NCBI GenBank assembly: GCA_902788995.1
Contig: CADAMO010000001.1
Location: forward strand, 8,746-72,745
DNA length: 64,000 bases
Reading direction: 5' to 3'
Source: Oscillospiraceae bacterium
GTDB lineage: Bacteria > Bacillota > Clostridia > Oscillospirales > Acutalibacteraceae
The notes beneath the pieces were generated by a model. The model did not search any database, was not told the origin of the DNA, and worked only from the letters and a program-made list of their open reading frames with translations. A program made the position numbers and the translations under genes. This document shows positions 9,523-18,221 of this stretch, in pieces; the first letter of the stretch is position 1, and each line of letters begins with the position of its first letter.

Positions 9523-10380
9523 ATGGACAATCAGGCATTTGAAACGATCGTCGAGCCAAAAAACAAGGTGTTCGACCTGAATCTGAAGGAACTGTGGAAA
9601 TACAAGGACCTGACGCTGCTGTTTGTAAAGCGGAATTTTATCTCTCAATACAAACAGACGGTACTGGGGCCGGCGTGGGCGGTGATCCAGCCGCTGCTGA
9701 CCACCGTGGTCTTTACGCTGGTATTCGGCAATATCGCCGGGCTGGCGCCGGGCGGCGTCAACAGCTTCGTCTATTATCTGTGCGGCACCATCTTCTGGCA
9801 GTATTTCGCCTCGTGCCTCACCATGGTCAGCCATACCTTCACGGGCAACGCAGGCATCTTCGGCAAGGTCTACTTCCCCCGCATGGTGCTGCCGGTCTCC
9901 ACCGTTATCACCAATCTGATCTCTCTGGTCATACAGTTTTCCTTTTTCCTTGTGGCGTGGGTGATTTTCCTGTTTATCCCCGGTTACGAGATGCAGCCCG
10001 GTTGGGAGATCGTCCTGCTGCCGCTGCTGCTGGCGGAAATGGCGCTGCTGGCGCTGGGCTGCGGGATCATCATTTCCGCTCTGACGACGAAATACCGGGA
10101 TCTTGCCATGCTGGTCTCCTTCGGCGTTCAGCTGTGGATGTACGCCACCCCGGTCGCCTATTCCGCCGCCATGTTCAAGGACGGCCCATGGGATTTCCTC
10201 TACTGGTGCAATCCCATGTGTCCGGTGATCGAAACGATCCGCTATGCGTTCCTCGGCCCCGCCGCCGCCCAGTTCCGCCCCGGCATGTGGGGGATCAGCT
10301 GGATCACCACCTTCGTGATCCTGTTCATCGGCGTCCTGCTGTTCAGCCGGGTGGAAAAGACGTTTATGGATACGGTGTGA
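9523..10380 (+). CDS. ABC-2 type polysaccharide/teichoic acid export permease (Wzm/TagG-like)
   Basis: Six-TM ABC-2 layout. N-terminal LKELWKYKDLTLLFVKRNFISQYKQTVLGPAWAVIQP is typical of TagG/Wzm/KpsM. Confidence 0.88.
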   Translation: MDNQAFETIVEPKNKVFDLNLKELWKYKDLTLLFVKRNFISQYKQTVLGPAWAVIQPLLTTVVFTLVFGNIAGLAPGGVNSFVYYLCGTIFWQYFASCLTMVSHTFTGNAGIFGKVYFPRMVLPVSTVITNLISLVIQFSFFLVAWVIFLFIPGYEMQPGWEIVLLPLLLAEMALLALGCGIIISALTTKYRDLAMLVSFGVQLWMYATPVAYSAAMFKDGPWDFLYWCNPMCPVIETIRYAFLGPAAAQFRPGMWGISWITTFVILFIGVLLFSRVEKTFMDTV

Positions 10381-10392
10381 GGAGAATGTGAA

Positions 10393-10869
10393 ATGATTGA
10401 ATTTGCAAAAAAGTGGATCGCAGTTCACAAAGGGTTTGTCAACTATTTCCTCATCAGCTGTTTTGTGACCGTGCTGGATATTGCCCTGTCCTTTGGCGTG
10501 GAAAAAGGCTTATCGGCGGCTTCTGTCGCTGCCGACAAAGCGGCCTTGATCGGCAACGCGGTGGGCGTGATCACGGGCTTCATCGTGCAGTATTTTCTCT
10601 GCATCAAAAAGGTGTATGCGGGCAGCAGTCTGCGCACCATGGTGATCTTCTTCCTTACGTGGCTGTTGGGGCTTGCTTTGGCGGAGGGGATCATCTACGT
10701 TATTCGCACGCTGGTATTCCACGATGCGGAGGGAATGCTTTATTTCCTGATCGGAAAAGGCTTTTCCATCGTGATCCCGTTCTTCATCACCTATTTCATC
10801 CGTAAAATGTTGATCCCCGCCCGTGAGACGGAAACAAACAAAGCTGAGGAGGCAGAAAGTCATGAATAA
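10393..10869 (+). CDS. GtrA family membrane protein
   Basis: 158 aa, four hydrophobic segments, GtrA-like size and position immediately before a GtrB-like GT2 (8-nt overlap). Confidence 0.75.
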   Translation: MIEFAKKWIAVHKGFVNYFLISCFVTVLDIALSFGVEKGLSAASVAADKAALIGNAVGVITGFIVQYFLCIKKVYAGSSLRTMVIFFLTWLLGLALAEGIIYVIRTLVFHDAEGMLYFLIGKGFSIVIPFFITYFIRKMLIPARETETNKAEEAESHE

Positions 10870-11620
10870 GCTGTATTCTTTTTTACCCTGCTACAATGAG
10901 GAACTGAATATCGGTACGCTGATCGACGAATGGATGGCGCAGAAGGAAGCGCTGGCGGCGGCCGGTTACGACCTGCAGGTGCGCGCCATCGACGATTGCA
11001 GTAAAGACAACACCAGAAAGATCATTGAGGAAAAGGCGGCGCAATATCCCGATAACGTGCAGCTGATCGCCCATGATGTCAACAAGAACCTCTGCGGCGG
11101 CCTCAACACAAGTATTGCATATTTTATGGCGAACGGAACGCCGACGGACCTGATGTCTCTCATGGACGGCGACGACACCCATAACCCGAAATATATCCTT
11201 CCGATGATCGAAAAACTGAAAAACAACGGAAAGGACTGTGTGATTGCGTCGCGGTATTGCAGCGATTCCGGCGTTGTAGGCGTTGCTGCCCACCGGGAAT
11301 TCATGAGCGATATGGCGAAGGTCTATTATTCCATGATGCTCCGTGTTCCGGGGGTCAAGGATTACACCTGCGGCTATCGCGTCTACACGTTCGATTCCGT
11401 TAAACGCCTCGTGGACCGGTTCGGAGCGGATCCCATCAAAGAAAAGAGTTTTGCCTGCATGATGGAATTCCTCTATAAGCTGTACCTGGCCGGCGCCACG
11501 TTTGACGAAGTTGGTTTTGAACTGCGGTATGACAACAAGCAGGGCGAAAGCAAAATGAAGGTGTTCACGACGATGCGCAAGAGCCTGACGACGGCGCTGA
11601 AGCTTCGCCGGATGAAATAA
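10862..11620 (+). CDS. Polyprenyl-phosphate glycosyltransferase (GtrB/CsbB/DPM1-like GT2)
   Basis: ATG 10862. YSFLPCYNEELNI..IDDCSKDNT..MDGDDTH motifs and no TM C-terminus. The listed start at 10823 lies inside the GtrA gene. Confidence 0.85.
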   Translation: MNKLYSFLPCYNEELNIGTLIDEWMAQKEALAAAGYDLQVRAIDDCSKDNTRKIIEEKAAQYPDNVQLIAHDVNKNLCGGLNTSIAYFMANGTPTDLMSLMDGDDTHNPKYILPMIEKLKNNGKDCVIASRYCSDSGVVGVAAHREFMSDMAKVYYSMMLRVPGVKDYTCGYRVYTFDSVKRLVDRFGADPIKEKSFACMMEFLYKLYLAGATFDEVGFELRYDNKQGESKMKVFTTMRKSLTTALKLRRMK

Positions 11621-11694
11621 AAAACGAGTTAGGAGTTCAGGAAGATGACGGTGTAACCGGCTATCTGAAACGGAACAAGGGCAAGACAATCTTT

Positions 11695-13350
11695 GTGGTG
11701 CTGGCGATGGTGCTGGCCTACGGGTTTTACGTGACGTCTTACACGCTGAACGTGGACGACGTATTTACATCTTTCTGGAACGGCGGGCGGCTGATCGCGG
11801 CCGGACGGTTTACCGGTTATCTCATGCAATTGGTGACGGGCTTTATGACTTACAGCCCGTTTTTCACCATGTTCCTTGCGCTATGCGTCTATTTCTTCGC
11901 GGGTCTCGTGACGGCGGTTGTCCTGAATCTGTACGCCGGCAATCAGCTGTCGGATCGGGTGGTATTCGTCTTCTGGATCGTATTCGTCACCTATCCTCTG
12001 ATCAGCGAGCAGATGGTGTATCCCATTATTTTGCTGCTGGCGCTGGGGTACCTGATGACGGCGCTTTCCGTGTGGCTTGTCGACCGCTTTTTTGAAACCA
12101 AGTCGGTTTCGTCCATAATCATTGCGTTGGTTCTCATGGTGCTGTACATTGATTTCTATGAGGCGTTTGCGACGGTTTATCTGACGCTGATGATGGCGAC
12201 GGTTCTGATCCGTTTCTTCTATTCTGCCGATGAAAACGACAGGAAGATCGTAAAGATTTTCTTCCGGATGATCAAGTTGACCGCAGTTCTTGCCGCAGCG
12301 GTTGTGATCCGGTTTGTAATTGCCAAAGCGGTGCTCTATGTTTACTATGGAACGACGCATGCCGGATATGGCGGCAACAGTTCGATCTACTGGGGCGAGA
12401 TCGGCGTCTTTGACTGCGCGATCTGGTTGATCCGTACCGTCTTCCTCCGCTACTGTTGGGCGGCGGTTGATTATCTGCCGATTTTTATCTTCATCGTCTG
12501 TGTTATTGCGGGCGGCATCCTGTCTTTGATACTCACCGTCAGGAAAAAATCCGCGGTTCCCGTGTTGGCGTTTCTCTTCATGCTGGCCGGCGCGCTTTCC
12601 CTGAACGTACTGCTGGGACTTGCGACGAATTATACGATGGCGCAGGCGCTGACCGTGTTTGTTTCGTTTGTTACCATGGCGCTGTACCTTGCCGTGGAAA
12701 AGAAAAAGATCCCGCGGGTCATTCTCAGCATTTGTCTTGTGCTGCTGGTGTTGAATCAGGCAAAGAGCCTCAACGTCTGGTCTGTGACGAATTACGAGCG
12801 GCATGAATATGAGATGTCGGTTGTGGATCAGATCGGGCAGGACCTGACGGCGAACTATGACGTTGAGAATAAGCCTGTGGTCTTTATCGGCTCGGACGAC
12901 GCCCCGCATCTTCCTGCGTCGCTGATTGAGTGTCATGAATCCGGACAGCCGGTGGTGAAGGCGTTGCAGCGGATGTGGATCCGCCTGTCGGACATCCTTT
13001 TGCCTGACCGGTATTTCAGAAGTATCGGCAATTTTTATGGGGAGGATATTCAGAATGCGGAAGGGCTGTTTGAATATGTGAAAACGATCCGCAATCGTAC
13101 GTCAAGCTGCTCCTCCTATCTGTCCTGGGCCGGCGGCGGTGATGAAGACTCCTGGTTTTCTGCTTATGAAGAGGTCGGAATCGCTGAGCAATTGTATGAC
13201 CTTTTTGACGCGAAAGGGTATACGCTTCAGCGGTGTACAGTGGATGAATACCGTTCCGTGAAAGAGAAAGCGGCGGAAATGCCCGTTTATCCGAAAAATG
13301 GCTGTATCGCGGAAATGAACGGCGTGATTGTCGTCAATTTCGGAGACTGA
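11695..13350 (+). CDS. Polytopic membrane protein, probable GT-C type glycosyltransferase (third component of the Gtr-like module)
   Basis: At least 10 hydrophobic segments, an NVDD motif in the first predicted external loop, and a soluble C-terminal domain. It follows the GtrA/GtrB-like genes. The start is uncertain (GTG 11695, GTG 11698 or ATG 11707). Confidence 0.55.
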   Translation: MVLAMVLAYGFYVTSYTLNVDDVFTSFWNGGRLIAAGRFTGYLMQLVTGFMTYSPFFTMFLALCVYFFAGLVTAVVLNLYAGNQLSDRVVFVFWIVFVTYPLISEQMVYPIILLLALGYLMTALSVWLVDRFFETKSVSSIIIALVLMVLYIDFYEAFATVYLTLMMATVLIRFFYSADENDRKIVKIFFRMIKLTAVLAAAVVIRFVIAKAVLYVYYGTTHAGYGGNSSIYWGEIGVFDCAIWLIRTVFLRYCWAAVDYLPIFIFIVCVIAGGILSLILTVRKKSAVPVLAFLFMLAGALSLNVLLGLATNYTMAQALTVFVSFVTMALYLAVEKKKIPRVILSICLVLLVLNQAKSLNVWSVTNYERHEYEMSVVDQIGQDLTANYDVENKPVVFIGSDDAPHLPASLIECHESGQPVVKALQRMWIRLSDILLPDRYFRSIGNFYGEDIQNAEGLFEYVKTIRNRTSSCSSYLSWAGGGDEDSWFSAYEEVGIAEQLYDLFDAKGYTLQRCTVDEYRSVKEKAAEMPVYPKNGCIAEMNGVIVVNFGD

Positions 13351-13363
13351 AAAGGATATTGAG

Positions 13364-14470
13364 ATGAAAAAAGTAATGCTGGTTTTTGGCACCCGGCCGG
13401 AAGCAATCAAAATGTGTCCCTTGGTAAAGGAGCTGCAATCCAGAAAGGCGCTGCAGACGGTGGTCTGCGTGACAGGACAGCACCGTCAGATGCTGGATCA
13501 GGTACTGGAAATATTTGACGTCCATCCGGATTACGATCTCTCTGTGATGCAGGACAAGCAGACTCTGTTTGACATCACGGCGAACATTCTTCTGCGGATC
13601 CGGGAGGTGCTGGAGCAGGAGCGCCCCGACGTCTGTCTGGTACATGGCGATACCAGTACGACCTTTGTGACCGCGCTGGCCTGTTTTTACCTGCAGATCC
13701 CTGTCGGCCATGTGGAAGCGGGCCTTCGCACGTATGATATTTACAGTCCCTATCCGGAGGAATTCAACCGGCAGGCGGTTTCCATTCTGTCCGCCTACAA
13801 TTTTGCTCCGACGGAGCGGTCAAAACAGAACCTTCTCCGGGAGGGTAAAAAACCGGAGACGATCTGGGTGACCGGTAACACCGCCATCGACGCGCTGAAA
13901 ACGACGGTCCGGGAGGATTACACCCATCCGGAGCTGGATTGGGCGAAAGGCAGCCGATTGATCTTTATCACGGCGCACCGGAGGGAAAACCTTGGCGAGC
14001 CGATGCACCAGATGTTCCGCGCGATCCGGCGGGTGATGGACGACCATCCCGACGTCAAAGCGCTCTATCCGATCCACATGAATCCGGTGGTCCGGAAAGC
14101 GGCGGAAGAAGAGCTTTCCGGCTGCGACAGGATCCGGATTATTGAACCCGTCAATGTGTTTGACTGTCACAATATGATGGCGCGCAGCTTCCTGATCCTG
14201 ACGGATTCCGGCGGTATCCAGGAGGAGGCCCCGTCCCTTGGTAAGCCTGTGCTGGTCATGCGCGATACAACAGAACGTCCGGAAGGCATCGCTGCCGGTA
14301 CGCTGAAGCTGGTGGGGACGGAAGAAGAGACCATTTATCGGGAATTTACGGCGTTGCTGGACGATCCTCAGCAGTACCGTGCCATGGCGCACGCAGCCAA
14401 TCCCTACGGCGACGGCCATACCTGCGAGCGGATCGCGGATATTCTCGAAAAGGGAAGTACGGAGATCTGA
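13364..14470 (+). CDS. wecB: UDP-N-acetylglucosamine 2-epimerase (non-hydrolysing)
   Basis: MKKVMLVFGTRPEAIKMCPL..VTGQHRQMLDQVL..HVEAGLRT..TDSGGIQEEAPSLGKPVLVMRDTTERPE, full-length WecB/MnaA signature. Confidence 0.93.
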   Translation: MKKVMLVFGTRPEAIKMCPLVKELQSRKALQTVVCVTGQHRQMLDQVLEIFDVHPDYDLSVMQDKQTLFDITANILLRIREVLEQERPDVCLVHGDTSTTFVTALACFYLQIPVGHVEAGLRTYDIYSPYPEEFNRQAVSILSAYNFAPTERSKQNLLREGKKPETIWVTGNTAIDALKTTVREDYTHPELDWAKGSRLIFITAHRRENLGEPMHQMFRAIRRVMDDHPDVKALYPIHMNPVVRKAAEEELSGCDRIRIIEPVNVFDCHNMMARSFLILTDSGGIQEEAPSLGKPVLVMRDTTERPEGIAAGTLKLVGTEEETIYREFTALLDDPQQYRAMAHAANPYGDGHTCERIADILEKGSTEI

Positions 14471-14474
14471 ACGT

Positions 14475-15686
14475 ATGAAACACATTATCATGGTCCTGCA
14501 TACCCTTGCCATCGGCGGGGCGGAACGGCGGTTGTCTGCCGTTGCGAACTATATCGCAGAACAAGGGTATGAAGTCACCGTTCTTTTAATAGATAATCCC
14601 GTTGTCAAATTTCCGGTCGATCCTCGCGTCAAGGTCGTCTGCGTTAACCAATCGCCGGACCTGACGGAATATGATCCGGCAAAATGTGAATTGTTCAAAA
14701 TGGCGAAACAGCCGGCCCCCTCTTTCTTTGAGAACAATCTGCTCCGCATGGAGCGTGCGTTTCATCGTAACAAAGCGAGGGAGACGGAGGCAGAGCTTTA
14801 TCTGAAGACGCATTATGTAGCCCCATTACATGACTATATCCGGCAATATCCCGACGCAATCGTCATCTCTTTTATGACGATTCCGAATATTTCTACGATG
14901 ATGGCGGTGAAGCATTTGCCTAACCGCGCGTTGTTCGGGGATTGCACGGATGCTGCCACTGAGTTTGCCGAAACATCGCCGTATCACGTATTGCGCAGAC
15001 GGTATTACCAAAGAGCCGATGGCGCGATATTGCAGACTGACGGTCAGCTTGGTTATTATTCTTTTTTACCTCACACAAAAAAGCACGTTGTGCCGAATTT
15101 TATCCGCGGCGATGCGCTTCCGGAGCCTTTCATCGGTGTGCGCCGAAAAGAAATTGTCACCTATTGCCGCCTTTCCCCTGTCAAAAATATTCCCTTGCTA
15201 CTGGATGCCTTCGCTCTGCTGCATCAGGATCATCCGGATTACTCACTGTCGATCTACGGTGAAGGAAGCATCCGCGGCAAACTGCTTGAAAAGATCACCA
15301 CGTTGTCCTTGGGCGAGGCTGTCCACTTGCACGACTTTGATCTGAATCTCCATGCAAAAATCCGTGACGCCGCCATGTTTGTCTCTTCCTCCGACCGCGA
15401 GGGCATCTCCAACTCCATGCTGGAGGCCATGGCCATCGGTTTGCCCTGCGTCTGTACCGACTGCGCAGGGGGCGGGGCCCGGATGATGATCGAGGATCAC
15501 GTCAATGGGCTGTTGGTCCCGATGAAGGATGTGAACGCCCTGTATCTGGCCATGAAAGAAGTTATTGAAAATCCGGAACTGGCGGAGACCATGTCCCGGA
15601 ACGCTATCAAAATAAAAGATCGGCTTCGCCCGGAGGTGATCTGTCAGCAGATGCTGGACGCGATCCTCGGCGAAGCGGAAGAATAA
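14475..15686 (+). CDS. GT4 (GT-B fold) glycosyltransferase
   Basis: ATG 14475, 4 nt after the epimerase stop. C-terminal SSSDREGISNSMLEAMAIGLPCVCTD..VNGLLV (EX7E region). Confidence 0.88.
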   Translation: MKHIIMVLHTLAIGGAERRLSAVANYIAEQGYEVTVLLIDNPVVKFPVDPRVKVVCVNQSPDLTEYDPAKCELFKMAKQPAPSFFENNLLRMERAFHRNKARETEAELYLKTHYVAPLHDYIRQYPDAIVISFMTIPNISTMMAVKHLPNRALFGDCTDAATEFAETSPYHVLRRRYYQRADGAILQTDGQLGYYSFLPHTKKHVVPNFIRGDALPEPFIGVRRKEIVTYCRLSPVKNIPLLLDAFALLHQDHPDYSLSIYGEGSIRGKLLEKITTLSLGEAVHLHDFDLNLHAKIRDAAMFVSSSDREGISNSMLEAMAIGLPCVCTDCAGGGARMMIEDHVNGLLVPMKDVNALYLAMKEVIENPELAETMSRNAIKIKDRLRPEVICQQMLDAILGEAEE

Positions 15687-15698
15687 GGAAACAACAAC

Positions 15699-16970
15699 AT
15701 GAACGATTTAGCCATTCGCATTGAACACGTCTCCAAAGAGTACCGTCTGGGCGCCATCGGCGGCGGCACGCTGAAGGGGGATATTCAGTCCTTTATCGCC
15801 CGGAGGAAAGGGAAGGAGGATCCGAACAGTAAAATCGGGTCTGACGCTGCTTATCACAAAAACGAGCGGTTTCTGGCGCTGAACGACGTGACCTTCGACG
15901 TCAAAAAAGGGGAGATCGTCGGCATCATCGGGCACAACGGGGCGGGAAAATCCACGCTCCTGAAATTGCTGTCCCGGGTGACCGCGCCGACGGAAGGAAA
16001 AATCGGCATCAACGGCCGCATCGCCTCCATGCTGGAGGTGGGAACCGGCTTCCACCCGGAGCTGACCGGGCGGGAAAACGTCTATATGAACGGCGCGATC
16101 CTCGGCATGACAAAGGCGGAGATCGACCGCAAGTTTGACGATATCGTGCAGTTTGCCGAGATGGAAAAGTTTATTGATACGCCGGTGAAGCGCTATTCCA
16201 GCGGCATGTATGTGAAGCTTGCCTTTGCGGTGGCCGCGCATCTGGACAGTGAGATCATGGTGATGGACGAAGTGCTGGCGGTAGGCGATATGAAATTCCA
16301 GGATAAGTGCCTCGGCAAGATGAGCGACGTTTCCCATCAGGAAGGCCGCACCGTCTTCTACGTCAGCCACAACATGAGCACTATCAAGCGTCTGTGTCAA
16401 AGGTGCATCGTGCTGGATCATGGGAAGGTGATCTTTGATGGGGATGTGAATGACGCAGTTAATCTCTATTTACAGAATGGAATCATAGAAAAGACTGTTT
16501 TTAAGTCATTTGAGAATGTGAAACATGAGGATTATTACCTTCGACAGGTGAAAATGCTCTCCAATATAATTCTGAATACGGAAAACTGTGTTTTCAGAAT
16601 CGGCGATAAGATCCGATGCAGACTGAAATGTCATGCTGATTATGATATGGAAGACATACGGTTACGGGTGGAAATTGAAAACAAAAGTGAAGCTATCAAT
16701 GGAATTGCTTTTTCTCGGGCATTGCCTGCATTTCAAAAGGATCAGGATGTCAGTTTCGATTTTGAAATTGACACGTCGCAATTGATGAACGGAAACTATC
16801 ATGCGAGGTATGTGTTATACAGAAGCAATGCGCTGGGGATTACGGAGACGATTGATATGATTCATAATGCAATGGCGTTTGATATTCATTCGCCAACAAA
16901 TATTGATAATATCGATTGGTTCCCTTCCTATGGTGGTGTAACGCGTTTTAACGATATTTCTTTGGTTTAA
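15699..16970 (+). CDS. Polysaccharide/teichoic acid export ABC ATPase (Wzt/TagH-like) with extra C-terminal domain
   Basis: Walker A GHNGAGKST, signature YSSGMYVKL, Walker B IMVMDE. About 175 extra C-terminal residues are encoded by AT-rich DNA starting near nt 16440. Confidence 0.9.
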   Translation: MNDLAIRIEHVSKEYRLGAIGGGTLKGDIQSFIARRKGKEDPNSKIGSDAAYHKNERFLALNDVTFDVKKGEIVGIIGHNGAGKSTLLKLLSRVTAPTEGKIGINGRIASMLEVGTGFHPELTGRENVYMNGAILGMTKAEIDRKFDDIVQFAEMEKFIDTPVKRYSSGMYVKLAFAVAAHLDSEIMVMDEVLAVGDMKFQDKCLGKMSDVSHQEGRTVFYVSHNMSTIKRLCQRCIVLDHGKVIFDGDVNDAVNLYLQNGIIEKTVFKSFENVKHEDYYLRQVKMLSNIILNTENCVFRIGDKIRCRLKCHADYDMEDIRLRVEIENKSEAINGIAFSRALPAFQKDQDVSFDFEIDTSQLMNGNYHARYVLYRSNALGITETIDMIHNAMAFDIHSPTNIDNIDWFPSYGGVTRFNDISLV

Positions 16971-17080
16971 GAAGCGGACGAATAAACGCAGGAAATTATA
17001 TAAATGTTTTTTTTGAAGATTAGTTTGAGTTATTATATCATTGATTTAGTGGATAAGAGAAACAATAATTGGTGGTTATT

Positions 17081-18205
17081 ATGTTGAACAGATACATTAA
17101 CAAAATTGCAGATCTAAACAATATTCTTGATTATCACAAGGAATATTTGCATCAGAAGCAAATTATCCGGGATAAGGCAGATGTAATTAAAAATGTGCAA
17201 TGGAGTGATTCACAGCTTAAAGAGTATAATGAGTACTGGTCAAGAAATTATGGATATATTCCTGCTGTGGAACACTGCAAATACTACGAAAGTATAAACG
17301 GCATTTACAACTACAAGTATATCTCACGGGCACTTTATGCCAGAGTTATTGAACCGGAACTGAATCCGGTTTGGTTGTGCAATACTTATTCTGAAAAGTG
17401 TTTACAGGAGCTATTACTTCACGGAATACAAGACGTTCATGTCCCTAAGAGTTATGTTTCTTGTGCTTATCGTTGTTATCGGGTTGATGATAATTATGTT
17501 TCAAGGGAGCAAGCCGGAAAAACAATTGCCAATATAGGTGTTTGTTTAATCAAACCGTCATGGTACACATCAAGCGGAAGAAATGTACGTGTGTTGGATT
17601 TGGTAAACGGAATTGATCAAAAAACCGGTGATTCAGTTGATGAAATTTTATCCTCATACGGTGCGCATTTTATCGTACAAGAGTTGATTACGCCAAGTAA
17701 AGAACTGAAACAGCTTTCTCCTAATTCTGTTAATACTTTTCGTGTTGTAACTTATATGCTTGACGGAACTGTTTATTGTGGTCCTGTCGGTTTTCGGATC
17801 GGCGTGGGGGATAGTATTACGGATAATGAGAGTGCCGGAGGATATGCGGCAGGGGTACGTAATGACGGAACTCTGTACTCAAAAGCCTATAATTATGAGA
17901 GATATGATAATTACAGACAATTTGAAAAGCACCCGGACAGTGGGGTTCTTTTGAACGGTTACTACGTTGGAGACGTAGAAAGGATAAAAGCGATAGCCAA
18001 AAAGGCTCATTCACATTTTCCGGGAATGGGTATTTTGGCATGGGATTTTACAATTGATAATAACGACCAGGTTACGTTTATTGAAGTAAATGAAAGATAT
18101 TGCGGAATTGATTTGAATCAAATAGGAACTGGAGAGTGTTTGTTTGGTGAGCAGACCGAAAAAATATTGAAAAGGTTTTATAAGGTCAAACAAATAAGAT
18201 TGTAA
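17081..18205 (+). CDS. ATP-grasp enzyme (sugar-transfer-associated ATP-grasp type)
   Basis: CLIKPSWYTSSGRNVRVL, FIVQELI, NESAGGYAAGV and WDFTIDNNDQVTFIEVNERY resemble ATP-grasp lid and Mg-site segments. Low-GC gene. ATG 17081 preferred over TTG 17069. Confidence 0.65.
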   Translation: MLNRYINKIADLNNILDYHKEYLHQKQIIRDKADVIKNVQWSDSQLKEYNEYWSRNYGYIPAVEHCKYYESINGIYNYKYISRALYARVIEPELNPVWLCNTYSEKCLQELLLHGIQDVHVPKSYVSCAYRCYRVDDNYVSREQAGKTIANIGVCLIKPSWYTSSGRNVRVLDLVNGIDQKTGDSVDEILSSYGAHFIVQELITPSKELKQLSPNSVNTFRVVTYMLDGTVYCGPVGFRIGVGDSITDNESAGGYAAGVRNDGTLYSKAYNYERYDNYRQFEKHPDSGVLLNGYYVGDVERIKAIAKKAHSHFPGMGILAWDFTIDNNDQVTFIEVNERYCGIDLNQIGTGECLFGEQTEKILKRFYKVKQIRL

Positions 18206-18221
18206 AAAATAGGAGTTGCCG

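Noticed and set aside
16971-17080. The AT-rich spacer before the ATP-grasp genes as an insertion-sequence end or att site.
   Set aside because: I could find no inverted or direct repeats bracketing the low-GC block, and no recombinase is present. I report only the compositional boundary.
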